Source: Marsupella aquatica | Taxonomy: Eukaryota; Plantae; Marchantiophyta | Reading direction: 5' to 3' | Assembly: GCA_973895155.1 (NCBI GenBank) | Contig: OZ316894.1 | Coordinates: 19,196,805 to 19,260,804, forward strand | DNA length: 64,000 nt | Shown: positions 13,289 through 25,917 of the stretch, in pieces | Layout: each line of letters starts with the position of its first letter | How positions within the stretch are numbered: position 1 is the first letter of the stretch | Notes under the pieces: generated by a model | Database searches by the model: none | What the model was told of the DNA's origin: nothing | The model's input: the letters and a program-made list of their open reading frames with translations, nothing else | Made by a program: the position numbers and the translations under genes

Positions 13289-14329
13289 TCATAAAACATA
13301 CTCGTCATTGAGTAAATCAGCTTCTCCATCAGCCCTAGCCACATTTGCCGATGAAGTTTCCGCTGCCTTTCCCTTACAGTCTCGCTTGAAGTGTCCAACT
13401 TGGTTGCACTTCCAACATGTCACCTGCCTCCTCTGAGGGGATTTACCCTTGGACTTAGATCTGGATTTAGATCTAAACTGGGTTCTACGGTCCCCAGTTG
13501 GTCGCTGCATACCCCTCCCACGGTTAACATTGAGGGCAGCACCAGATGATGAAGGCTGTGATGTGATGTGCATCTTCTGCTGAAGATCATCACTAAGCAG
13601 AGAACTTACCACGTCATTATATGAAATGGTATCCCTATCACGATGCAACAACACTCGTGATAGGGACTGGTAAGATGGAGGCAATGAACTAAGAAGCTGC
13701 AGAGCCTTCGTCTCATCATTCAAAGTCTCCCCAAGGTTTTCCAAGTCAACGACCATGTCGTTGAAAGCATCCACATGGTCTTGCAACTTTGTGCCAGATT
13801 CCTTCATCCTGAAACTCATGAGTTTGTAGGAAGTGTAGAGCCGGTTCGACAACTCCTTGCGGTGATACTTGCTCTGCAATTCCGCAAACAAGGACATGCA
13901 ATCCTTATGTGCACCCAACTGCTTGATGATGGGAGGCATGAGATAGAGTGTAACACACCACACTCCCTGCTCTTGCATGCGGTCCCATTGTTTCTCATCA
14001 ACATCGTCTTCACGAGGGCTCAGCAGTTGGCCCATCCCTGACGCATAGAGCACTCCCTTCACCTGCTTCTCCCATAGCAAGTAGTCAGAGCGCCCATCAT
14101 ACTTTGTCACTTCATACTTGGGTCCCCCAAGCTTGAAAGTCCCCATCTTCTTCTTTGGCACTACCGTGAGCTCCGGTAGTAGTATTGCTTCCTCCACCAC
14201 ACGCCGCACCGGTGATGGTATCGGTGTCACGTGCTCTTCCTCTTGCTCCTCTCTCTGCCCCTGAAACCGCCGCGATGATCCTCGTGCTTCAAGTTCCACA
14301 TCTTCGAAAAATTCCTCCGAATCACTCAT
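13289..14329 (-). CDS. gag: Copia Gag (UBN2-type capsid region plus CCHC zinc knuckle)
   Basis: 346-aa ORF with KYDGRSDYLLW, LLSSLPPSY and CWKCNQVGHFKRDC. Confidence 0.95.
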   Translation of the reverse strand: MSDSEEFFEDVELEARGSSRRFQGQREEQEEEHVTPIPSPVRRVVEEAILLPELTVVPKKKMGTFKLGGPKYEVTKYDGRSDYLLWEKQVKGVLYASGMGQLLSPREDDVDEKQWDRMQEQGVWCVTLYLMPPIIKQLGAHKDCMSLFAELQSKYHRKELSNRLYTSYKLMSFRMKESGTKLQDHVDAFNDMVVDLENLGETLNDETKALQLLSSLPPSYQSLSRVLLHRDRDTISYNDVVSSLLSDDLQQKMHITSQPSSSGAALNVNRGRGMQRPTGDRRTQFRSKSRSKSKGKSPQRRQVTCWKCNQVGHFKRDCKGKAAETSSANVARADGEADLLNDEYVL

Positions 14330-14533
14330 ATGAGAAAATCACAAAAATTGTTGTTTTTCACAACTTCTCAAAAAACTTGAAACTCAACACCGCCGCGTAG
14401 CCCACAAAGCTAGGAGTCCAATACTGTAAACCGAAATCAAAATCAAAATTTGACGGAAAAGTTATTCAAATTTCGGTCGAGGTGGGTAAAACCTTGGGAA
14501 ACTCCCCCGTTTTGACCACCTCAGGGAATAACC

Positions 14534-14735
14534 TATACGGAATAGAAGACCCTAGATGGACCATCATCGATACTGGGAAACTTTGTGGATTGGAGAACTT
14601 GAAAGCTCTCTGGCTTAATGGTGTCAGCCTGCATGGGGCTTGGAATTTGCTTCCAGCCAAGCTTGAGTTTCTGCAAGTGAAAGCAGGGCGGATACACCAT
14701 TTAGGTTGTTTCCGTCAACGCCATGGGGAGAATCT
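14534..14735 (+). other. Insertion in the copia-1 leader, absent from copy 2; LRR-like coding fragment, antisense to the element
   Basis: Flanks align with copy 2 (about 46745-46775), which has only about 20 bp here; translates as ...LCGLENLKALWLNGVSLHGAWNLLPAKLEFLQV... (LxxLxxLxL pattern). Confidence 0.6.
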
Positions 14736-15653
14736 TCCCCTTATCGGAATTACGATGTGATTGGTGCGCCGCGTTGCCAACTTCAATGGCTACGACCTCG
14801 CCAAAAAGTAACCAAAAAAGTTACCGTTCGACGGATGAAATCTTTGTCGGACGGTCAAAAAATAGCTCTCTGGTTTTTTGGAATATTTTATAACCCTTGT
14901 ACAGGCCCTGTGGGAATTTTGGAAGAACAATCGAGGGGCTGACACGTGTCCTCGAACCCCCAAAACCCCCTACCACCCTTCGTCGTCGAAATCTGGTCGC
15001 GCGCGCAGAAAATACACACGGCAGAATGTACCCCTCGACACCAAACGCAAGATATCTCACTCGGGTTTTGACGAAATCAAGATCTGATTTCAGATTTGGA
15101 AACTAGACTTCGAGGCGGTGAAGATCGATATAAGAAGCACCCAAAACGAGGAAAGAACGAGGGAGAAAAAAATTGGTAAAGATGACAGATTTCTCTCAAT
15201 TGCCATAGCCAATTTCGAATCAGTTTTTCAAAGAGAAAAAATGGTACCTTGTCAACAACGAATGTTGATCAATTGCACTTGGTGCCGTCACCAATCCAAC
15301 AAGGTAATTGATTTTGCTTAGCCTTCCTCTTTGCATCAAAAAGCCAATCCCGGACTCAAAACAATCGTCTTGCCTCAATCTCTCCGTTGAGTCAAAACAC
15401 TTGACGCTTCTCCCTCTGAGTCGATTGCCAACTTTCTTCACAAAATCCAGAACGACGAAAACTTAGATCTCTCTGCACCACGAGCTCCGTTCAGCGATTT
15501 CTTCACACCGTTAGAAAGCTCTTGCCCCGATCTATCCGTTGAGCCCATAAACTCCAAGTTCCATGCGACGGAACTCCGGGAAATCCACCGACACTCAACG
15601 CTGGAAAAACCGTAATGAAATCCCGTCACGAACACACGTCACCTCCCAAGCAT

Positions 15654-15665
15654 GCTCTGATACCA
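15654..15665 (-). promoter_or_regulatory. Primer binding site (tRNA-iMet), copia copy 1
   Basis: TGGTATCAGAGC on the minus strand, 2 nt from the 5' LTR. Confidence 0.95.
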
Positions 15666-15667
15666 AT

Positions 15668-16088
15668 TGTTGAGCATAGACGACGATCGCAACGGCAAGC
15701 CCATGAACCATCCAACGCACAATAGTCGACACAAGAGATACGTGGTTCACCTCCTTGAGGCTACGTCCACGGGAACACACAAGAGAGCTTTACTGAACTC
15801 TAAGCCCGTCAGCTATACCGAGTCTCCACAGTGTAAGCTCTCCCTATCTCTCAAGTGGCTCCATAACAATGAGCCTTGGTTCTACCTCTCCAAGCACACA
15901 TGCCTCTTATGATATAGTGTGCAACTTAGTTGTACCTAACCACATAGTTGTACCTAATCACGTAGTTGTACCTAACCACATAGTTATACCTAATCACGTA
16001 GTTGTACCTAACCACGTAGTTGTACCAACCCACGTTGTTGTACCAACCACGTCATACCTAACCTAGACGTAAGAGTAAATACCCAACA
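15668..16088 (-). repeat. 5' LTR of copia copy 1
   Basis: Direct repeat of 9405-9825, next to the PBS. Confidence 0.97.
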
Positions 16089-18589
16089 TTCTCAAACTTG
16101 ATAAGTCTTCACAATGTCTTAAGGAAACTGGACCCTTCATGACAACCCCTTCATGCCAATATACCATTTTGGGTAAGTGTCTCAGTATACCAATAATCTC
16201 AATTTCCATTGCTTTCAACGTTGCAATTTTCCAATGTCACAACAAACCAATGGCAGGTCACAATGATATTATATTGTACTGAGCAAATCTCTAATGGGAA
16301 ATTGAACCCCAAACTGCAGGTGCAACCTTCCAAGCAGAGAACCTTCCCCCCTTAACCTACCCACTATCCCTACACCCAGCCCCCATCCCAATGCTCCCAT
16401 CCACTCCAAGAACACAAACAAAAAATTGAAAGAGAATTGAAAAAATTTACCAATTCCTTTGAAAGGGCTCCTTAGTAGGCCCATCTCCACTATAGTGTGT
16501 CCCAGGAAATCTGGGTGAAGATCTGGGTTCAGTCTTCACCCTGAAAAGAGATTTTCTTATTAAGTAGTTTCCTTTTTTCCTCTCACTAGACTGGCCCCTG
16601 TCATAGCAGCAGGAAGTACTTCCTCATCATTAGAGGACAACATTACCACCTCTACCACATCTTCCATCTTCTCCTTCCCCTTTCTCACACCTGCAATATT
16701 TTACTCCTCCAACAAGTTAATAGTTTCAATAAAATTTATCATGCTTTGGAATCCTCTGTCTATCCTTCAAAGGTACATAGGGTTCACCAAGGGGATCACC
16801 AAATGTTACTCCCTTGTCAGGAATAATAGAATCTATGAGACTGTCATCAAAACAAACTCTTCTATCACATTATGTCTTCACTTTGAATCTCTTCAAAGAG
16901 CTCCTTTGGGGCGAGAGCTCTATCTCTGTACTCCTAAGGGTCAATTCTTGGTCCTCTGCAAGCTCAGAATCAATGTGATATCTTTCCTAAGTGCCACTTC
17001 TAGGTTTTCTTACAAAAACTTCCTTCGATCTCACATTTAGTCACATTACAAGGATAACAATGCATTTCCAAAGGCATGTCATCGTGATTTTTCCATGCCA
17101 ATGGTATTATCCAACTAGAAGAAAGTATAAAAATACAGATTTAACCATTTGAATCAATGTAGAGACAAAAGTAGCATGCAAAGGTCTTTTAGTTATATGT
17201 TTGTATCAAACACATATTCTCTCTACAACATTTTTGTTAGTCAATGTCACTTTGGATTTTAGATTTGCACATCCATAGATTGAATGAAGTTGTTTCCCTG
17301 CCATCACATCTTCATCAGAGATATTAAACATTGCATGCTGGAAGTGAGCCATGCCCATACCTGTCAAACAATAACTAATCATTTATTTGAGTGTGCAACT
17401 GCCTCTTAGTAAGGTTTTTACACGTAACTTTCCTTGCAGGATTCATATTTTTCACCCCCTGCCAGCCCATATATTTTTGTACAAGCAAACCAAATGATCT
17501 AGCAGATTTTGTTATGGCCCTCACCACCATTTGCATGTGCAAATGACTCTCTAGCTCTCCTCTCTCTAATTATGCTACAAGACCAAATATGCAATGGTCT
17601 CTTATCAATCCATTCATAAGATTCAGTTCTTCAGCATGAACATATGTACCAAGGTACCCTAGTGTAATGCTCAGTTCCATGACATTGTCCATCAAAGAGA
17701 CGTCCTCCTCTTGCACAACAACACAAGCTTTACGCATCAAAGAAGCCATGTAAGATGGGCACACAGTTCACAAGAAGTTGCACAAATACAGTCATGAAGC
17801 TCAAACAAAAACACAGGATAGATATCATCAACCTTCACAATAAAATACACCTTCCCCTAGACTCAACAACAACTTCGTCCTTCCCTATCAGTCTGCTCTA
17901 TTTGTTCGAGTATTTTAAATGGACCTGCCAGAAGTCTCTCTTTTCCTTGGCAACAAGCTACCCAACAGAACTCAATGTCTCTAACACAATGAGAGGTTGT
18001 TGCCTCAATTAATGTTCTCTAAAATAAAATTACCAATGTCCAATGTTGTGTAAGGCAAAATATAAGAGTCGTCCTTTGGGAGCTGTGACTTGACACAGGA
18101 CATTAGAGCCATAAACTGAGCCAGCAAGTTCAGATATATATAGTTCAAACAGAGCAAGTTCAGACAAAGTCAAACCGTTAGAGGACAAACACTGGCAAAA
18201 CTCAACCAAAAATACAGCAATCAAGATTGTTAGAGGAACCAAGCATGAATGAAGGTGACTGTTAGATTGAAGCAAACTTTAGAACCAAGCCAAGAGCATT
18301 GTTAGCATTGCACTGAAGCCTTCTGGCCAGAATTGAAGGAGACAACCATAGCCAAAAGCACTGTTAGAGTGTAGGCCAAGCACATTTACAGCAATTATAG
18401 CACAGACCGAGAACTGTTAGCACATGTACAACGACAACACAGACTAAGCACAGTTAGAGCAATCTGAACTGATGATGAATGAATGAGAATCGAGCAGGCA
18501 ACCAAACATTGCAACAGCACTAGACTACAAAAAGGAAGCAATGAACCGGCTGAGAGCAATCCAAGTGGGAGCGATGCTGCTATATATGG

Positions 18590-20240
18590 TGAAACGTCAG
18601 TGAATCGGGCAATCTGAGCCAAACACTGATGTCTGAGCACTGAAGAAGACACCAGACAGCACCAACCAAGCACTTAAGAACACACAATGCCAACTTGAGC
18701 ATTGAAGAGACAGATCAAGAGCACTGAATGCAAGAGCTTAGCACCAAGTGAGAACCAAAACTGAGAGCACTAAACAAGAGAGTGCAACGATCTGAGCCAA
18801 CACTGATGTCCGAGCACTGAAGAAGACACTAGACAACACCAACCAAGCACTAAAGAAGACCCGAGACAACACCGCTTGAGCACTGAAGAAACTGATTGAG
18901 AGCACTGACTGAATGAGAGAGACGAGCACCAAGTGAGAACCAAAACTGAGAGCACTAAACAAGAGAGTACAGCATCAAGTGAGAACCAATACTGAGAGCA
19001 TTGGATGAGAGAGCGCAACAGGAGAGAGCCCAACACCGAGTGAGACCACTTCATTGAGACAAGAGGACTGAATGTAAGAGCACATAATGAGAGTGAGCCA
19101 AAGAGCAAGTAATTGTGTCCTTCCCCAACACCAAATGCCAAGGGTTTCCTCTCCAAAACTCCCCAAGACCTTTAGGGCTCTAGCAAGACAAAATGGTTCC
19201 CACCTCCCTCATTGTATTGGATTACATTCCAGGTATTCAACCTCCAAAGTACCTGGAACTTTGATCATCCTCCACAGACAGCCACAACACTTGATTCAAC
19301 TCCATCACATTGGGCAGCATCAAACAGTACAGCGATCGAGAGCATTGAGATCAGCATCAAGAGTGACAACATTGAGAGCATGGCAACAGAGCAGCATCAG
19401 CAAGCAAGACTAGAGCATCAAGAGCAAGTTGTGAGTGAGAGCGCAGCAGGGTCCAACAACATCAAATCCAGCAGCATCAAGTCCAGCAGCCACCAAGCAA
19501 GCCATAGAGTGAGACGAGAGCATCAAGAGCAGCATCGAGAGTGACATCAAGAGCAGCAGCATCAGCAAAAGCGAGACGACAACATCAGCAGCACGCGATA
19601 CAGCATCAAGAGCAAGTTGTGAGTGAGCACGCAAAATAGTCCAGCATCATTGAATGAGCCTCTATCAATCAAGTCCAGCAGCCACCAAGCCAACACCCAC
19701 AGCAGCTTGAGCTTTCAAAGGAGCCCCAACAACATCAATCGAGTCCAGCAACATCAAGCAACATTGAGCAGCATCGAGTGAGCCTCTATCAATCGAGTCC
19801 AGCAGCCACCTGTCCAAGCCAACATCCACAGCAGTTTGAGCTTTCAAAGGAGCCCCAACAGCATCAATCAAGTCCAACAGCATTGAGCAGCACCGAGTGA
19901 GCGGGCGAGTGAGCCTCTATCAATCGAGTCCAGCAGCCACCAAGCCAGCAGCCAAAGCAGCTTGAGCTTTCAAAGGAGTGCCATCAGACATCGAGGGAGA
20001 TTGAGTTCAGCAGCCCTTTGCCAGCATCATCGAGAGCTAAAGAGCAAACGAGCAAGATTGAGTTCAGCCAGCCCTTCGCCAGCCCTCACCAACCCTTGCT
20101 TTTCATTAGCCAGCCCTTCGCCAGCCCCTTGCTTTTCACTCAATAGCCCTTCTGTGATTGGTTGTCTTCGACTGGACATTCCTAACATGCCACGAGCCCT
20201 TGCCCTTGCCCTTCGCGAGCCAGCCCTTTGCGAGCCCTTG
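18590..20240. repeat. Degenerate tandem/low-complexity repeat region (GAGCACTGAA-, GCAGCATCAAG- and GCCCTT-rich units), probably internal to a decayed TE
   Basis: Repeated blocks, e.g. atctgagcca(a)acactgatgtc at about 18612 and 18790; gagcctctatcaatc(a/g)agtccagcagccacc three times; gcccttg arrays. Confidence 0.6.
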
Positions 20241-22249
20241 CCCTATACGCTTTTCAAAATGTATACCTGATGTCACTGGATACCCTTGACACCTAGTGCC
20301 TTGGATACCCCTGTGCTATGGTATACCCATCCCTTTGGATACTCATCCCCTTGCCCCCACTGCATAGGGAGCTTTTTTATCTCCTGTATAGGACAAATTA
20401 ACATTTTTTGTTCCACGATGAGTATGCTATATGGTGAACACAGCTTTCAGTATTTTGTCTTATTCAAACTACTTCATTTTGTTGTGTATCTTTATTTCAA
20501 TGTTTCTTAACGAATTCATGTCTAGTATAGTTTAGATTCTGAATCTATACTGGCACTCTATAAAATTTTTAATCTTTGCTATATTTAAGAGCATCCACCC
20601 TTTAACAAAGCTCATGGAATTTCTAGCCCTTATTCTCATGAGTGAAGGAGAAATTATCTGAATAATGTGCACTGCTTGTGTCTTTAAGTTCTCCTCATGG
20701 TTGTTTACTGAATTTATCCTTTTACCTAAAGTAAGTACATAAGTATCTCTACTCGTGTACATTAGCACAGCCCAATACCATAAACTTGAACTTTTCCTGA
20801 TCATTATTACTTTTCTTTACATGTGTACTTTTACTCTTGGACTTTATTTGCGCAACTTTTCAATATCATAGACTTGTACTTTTCCTAGTCTATATGTCCC
20901 TTTTATATTTGCCACAAAAAATTGGATCACCTGCATATCACTAAAAACAAAAAATGAAGCATGTTCCAAGATGAACAATAGGGTAACCCATCCCCAAGAG
21001 CTGTAATTCCCTAGGGTGCTGAGCCATTATCCCCAAGTGGAGATGAATTATGGAGCGTAAAGCTTGAGTGAGCCTGAGTGAATTTTTACACAGCATTCAG
21101 TTCAGCTTCATGCAAGAAAAGTTTCATACGCGTCAGCTTCTGCCATTTGCACTTTACACTATTTCTCATTCAAATTTTATAATCCCCAAGCCAGGCTGGC
21201 CAAGTGGTTCACTGGCTTCACTAGCCGGGTAATGCACCATAACTTTGTACACACATATGAGGGAAAAATTCATTCAGGAAAGGTTTTCTGTGTAGGGTAC
21301 CCATCCCAAAGAGGTGGTGTAGTGTACTCTATTTGCTTAGTGTATATAATTATTAAATATAGGGTAAAGAGTTAGTTTCTAACTTTAGTATACTATATAT
21401 AGATATTTTAGAGCCTAACCTACTCAGGTTACTCTATCTTATTGACATGTTTCATGTGTATGTTTGTTTCAAAAATTATTTATATAAAGCTTATCCTTTG
21501 TTATTTTGAACTTTGAAATTATTTTTACCCCCTTCTTAATGTTTTTCATTTTTTAGAGGCTCTCTTTAGGTCTAATTAATTTTAAATTTCAATCTTGACC
21601 ATTTCTTGTTAGATTGAATATGTTTTTTTATTCTTATATTCAAATTATATTAAATTGATTTTTCATATGGTATGGATACCTAGACTCTTAGCTATTTATT
21701 TCCAAGAGTGTCATGGAATCCAAGGTATGTGAGATATAAAAAATGCCCGTGACCAAAGGGGTTTGGTCACAAAGGCTGACCTACTCTTATAATTTGAAAC
21801 TTGTGAGTGATTAGTTATTGTTACAAATACATGAATGTTTCATCAGTATAGTGAGCACTCTTGCGAGGGGAAGGTCTTGGGTTCAAAACTCGGGTCCTAA
21901 AATGCTTTGACCCGAATTTGACTCGCAATAGTACAAAAACATGATAAGTTGGGGTTGCATTTAAATTTGAGAAAAATTAATAAATGCAAGGACAAGATAA
22001 TTCATTATAATATGATACCTCAAAATAATATAAGCTTAAAATAGAATACATGTAAGTTTTTATTTGATAGAGAAAAAAATGTATCAAAACCTAAATGTAT
22101 CTAAAATACTATATAACTTAAATTAACCCTAAAGTGTCCACTACCTAATCTGAAATAAATCATAAAGAATTTTGTCTTTTTCTCCTCTCATCGTCAACCT
22201 TTTGTTGACGGTTGACGTATATACAAACCAACATCTAAAGGATGAACAC

Positions 22250-24150
22250 ACTCGTAGGCAAAATATTTCTCAAATACTATATTGCACAATTTTTTTACGC
22301 GCGACACCGCTACATAGTTGAGTCCAATTGCAAATTTTGAACTACTCAAGTCAAGTATTGTTTTTTCAACAGTTGCACCTTGCGCCTTGTGAAGTGTAGG
22401 TTATAGCATCTGCAAGAACCAAAGGAAATTGTTTACTCGATAATGATTACGGACCCCCATTAAGGGTCTCTTGCAAATTCTCTGCCATGAGGTAGCGCCA
22501 CATCATCACAACTAGCCACAAACAGGAATGATCCTACTTTTAACAATAACAAACGTGCACATTCCTGTTTGTGGCAAAAGCAACATAATTTTTGGGGCGC
22601 CATGCCGTAAATACTAAATGTAAAAAAAACCAAACTACAAAGGAAGAGATGTCATTTAGTAAAACAAAGTTACCATTTTGATGTTTGTCAAAGATATATC
22701 AATGTTTTATATCAAAATTTTTGTATTTTTTAATTGTTTACAAGTTTGAAAAAATCAATCGATAGAAATGTACATAATTAAAACCCATTTGGCTTCACAT
22801 TGTAAAACTAAATAGTAAATCTCCTTAGTACTTGATAAAATTTTCCAATGTTTGATTCATTGGAAAATTCAAGATCAAGATTTAGAAACTCGTGATCTCT
22901 TTAGTAATGTCTTAATAAAATCTCTCAATGTCACTCATTAGAAAGCTAGAGTAAAATTAAAAACTCATCATCTGCTTAGTACTTGACAAAATCTATCAAT
23001 GTTAGGTTCATTGGAAAGCTAGAGAAATTTGGATAGTCATGATCTCCCTATTTCTTGACAAATAATCTCAATGTCACACATTAGAAAGCTAAAAAGATTG
23101 AAAACCTCCTGATCTCTTGAGCACCGTGACAAAATTAGACATAAAATTTTGTAAATATCAGACTCAATGTTAGAAAGCCAAAAGAATTCATGAACTCATA
23201 ATCAAAATTTCTTGTACTAACACTCATTGGAAAGGCAAAGATATTCAAAAACTCATATGGAACTTGACAAAATTTGTCAATTTGAGGCTCATTGGAAACC
23301 CTTTCTCGATTAAGAGATATCACAATCTCGTCACCGTCACAAACTTAGCCGCTACAAATTGACTTCTTTGATTACGTCACCATCGCTTGTCCACAATGCT
23401 TGCTTCCCGGCTTGAATTGTTCGCATCTCTTAGATAGTCTTCAACTAAAGCTCACTCTGAACACAGGTTGACGCCAAATGCAGCCTCTATGTCAAAGAAA
23501 CAATTGTTGGTCTTCCCCTCACACCATTAGCTTTTTTAAATAAAAATAACCACAAATCCTTTGTTTGAAGTGACGACTCGTTCGTTTTGTGTGAACATGC
23601 TTCCCACCAAATTGACAAGCGCTCTTTTGCCAACAGCTGAGTGTTGTGCTCTAGTCTGTCTTGTGGCGGTAACGTTCAATGTAACTCACAAACAATCAAT
23701 GAAGAATGGTTGAAAAATTATTTCTCCAATGTGTAAGCAAAACCTATAACAAAACTCAATTCCTCCACATTGAACCTTCTGTTTGATTAATCTCTATCTT
23801 TTGAGCATTTGTTTTTTTACGAGCACACACCAACACCATCGGGAGACTCAAAACCGTTGGTTACCGCCTTGATGAAAATTGATTTCACTTAATCACACAA
23901 ACATTCCTTGGATAAACATGGGGGTCCACGGATTAATTTCCGTCCATGTGATGTCTCTTTCTCCCATGTGGCCATAGATGGAGGTATTGGAACCAATGGT
24001 ATTCCGTTTGTAGTATGCCAACATGTAGGGCCTTTATAACTTTTCATAGCTACAAAAATGATATTGGGCAAATTGTTAGTGGCATCCAAAGGATCCAACC
24101 ATACAAGATCATGCACAACCCCAGTATTTCCATTCACAAGACCCTCTTGA
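22250..24150 (-). pseudogene. PIF1-family helicase remnant (Helitron-like), split by a 1.5-kb insertion
   Basis: 23937-24150 reads GLVNGNTGVV...LPNIIFV...YKGP...PLVPIPP...W; my translation of 22250-22440 reads KQFPLVLADAIT / (frameshift) LHKAQGATVEKTILDLS...GLNYVAVSRVK (PIF1 C-terminal helicase motifs). Confidence 0.8.
22444..23933. mobile_element. Non-autonomous TIR-type insertion within the PIF1 remnant, with internal degenerate repeats of about 70 bp
   Basis: Inverted GGACCCCCAT (22451) / ATGGGGGTCC (23918); flanking TAA at 22441 and 23934; removing it restores HGRKLSSKQFPL. Confidence 0.55.
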
Positions 24151-25917
24151 AAAATGAGCAAGAAATCTAGAAAAAGGAATAAAGCAGTTTTTTAATGTTG
24201 ACCCCCTCTTGCAAGATAAAAGAAAGATTTATAAAACCTGAAATTTCTCCCTTCTTTGACTTTTTTGCTCCTCCCCTTAAAAGACCCTTAAACCATCCAT
24301 AGCTCCCCACTTCTAAGATAGAATGTAGGGGTCAGCTAGTTCAATACACTCAACTAGCGTCTGCCCCCTCTAGCAAGAAAAAAATACAAACAAAGACCAT
24401 TTTGAAAATCTCTCCCTTAAATACCCTTAAACCTCTCAACAATTAAAGAAAAATTCTTTAAACCCATTTCTCCTGTTAAAGTAATCCCCCATCCAGGCCA
24501 AAAAATAAATATGTCTCTTTTTGTCTTTTTGATTTTCCCCTTCTTTAAAATACCCTTGATCCTCTATCCATTTTAACTCTCAAAGAAAATCAAATAATGA
24601 GATCAACCATGGGGCATGCTCCTTCCTCATCGTTTTTTTCTAAACAAAAAAGAAACCCTTTTAAAAATCTTTTCGAGGTGATCACCCCAAAACAAAAAGG
24701 AAGCCCCTTTAAGAGTCGTATATTTTCAAGGTGACCAACTACACCTAAAGGGAAATATATAAAAGCATTAAGAAATTCTAAGAAGTAAAAGACAAAAACA
24801 CTAAATGGTGAGAGAATCAAGTACACACTTACATTGAGGGGGGAGCATTTAATGTACTTTCATTTGTGTGTAATGCAATATACTATGTAGTATGTACACC
24901 CCAATACCCCATGGTTGAGTACTGTATACAATCCAAAGAGTGTTAATCTGAGTGAGAATATTATGACCAAAGTATATTTTTGTGCCTCCATAAGTATGAG
25001 GAGAAAATTGTATGCGGAGAAACTGTATGCAGAGAAAATACTTTGGAGGCATTTTTTGCCCCCCATCACATAACTGAACTGAAAGTTCAGCCAACAATTG
25101 ACCCCTTTCCCGCTTAACTAGAGCTCAGACTTCTGTTTCCTAAGTTATGGTCTTGAGTAACTTATGAGTAACTTATGTGTCGCTAACCTAAATCATTATG
25201 AAAATAATGAGAGGCCCCCATTGTTGTGAAGGGGATTCACAATAGTTTAGAAGCTAAACACTTGTCTACTACTGTAGAAAAATGGCATGTAGGGTTAGAA
25301 GTGGGGCCAACACATTGTAAAAACAAAAGCTTGAGGAGAAGACACTTGGTAAAGGAATAAGCATTGAGGCACAATTACCAAGTCACCCAAAACTAATTTA
25401 ATCTTACTTTAAAGGAGTTACTGAAAAATCATCCAAAATCTAAAAAGAAATGATTCATTATTCTTCTCAATATGGGAATCCCAACAGACTCTAGTTGCAG
25501 TTTATGGTAGCTCCCAGGGAATAGTTTGTTTTTAGTTATATGGCTCGTGCCTATGTTATTGGGGGCTCTTCCTTGCTCTACTGATCGACCTCCTTCCAAT
25601 AGGTGACCTGGTTGGAGGATGCCCTTCCTCTTTTCGATGGTTGTGCTCCTTCTTGCAGCCCCCTTAATTTTTCTTGTGTTCGATCCTGCCTCCTTCTCCC
25701 AGGCAGGTTCCTTGTCTATGTGGTTCAAATAAAGGTTTTGGTTTTTATGAAAAAACAAAAACCAAAAAAACATGGGAATCCTTTATGAGGAGAAACACTC
25801 CAAGACAAAACTTGTTTACTTGCTTTTTGGGGATACTCACACTTTTCGGTATCTTAAAAAAATTTCTCATTTATCTAGATATGATAGTACTAAAAGCTTT
25901 TTGTTGCCATCTGGGGA

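Larger units (their letters stand above)
9405..16088 (-). mobile_element. Full-length Ty1/copia LTR retrotransposon, copy 1 (apparently intact, recent)
   Basis: 421-bp TG...CA LTRs at 9405-9825 and 15668-16088 (2 differences seen by eye); 5-bp TSD TTCTC at 9400-9404 and 16089-16093; tRNA-iMet PBS; PPT; gag then PR-IN-RT-RH order. Confidence 0.98.

Noticed and set aside
21840-21900. tRNA- or SINE-like B box (GGTTCAAAAC), similar at about 61465
   Set aside because: No cloverleaf or clear A box; too degenerate to call.
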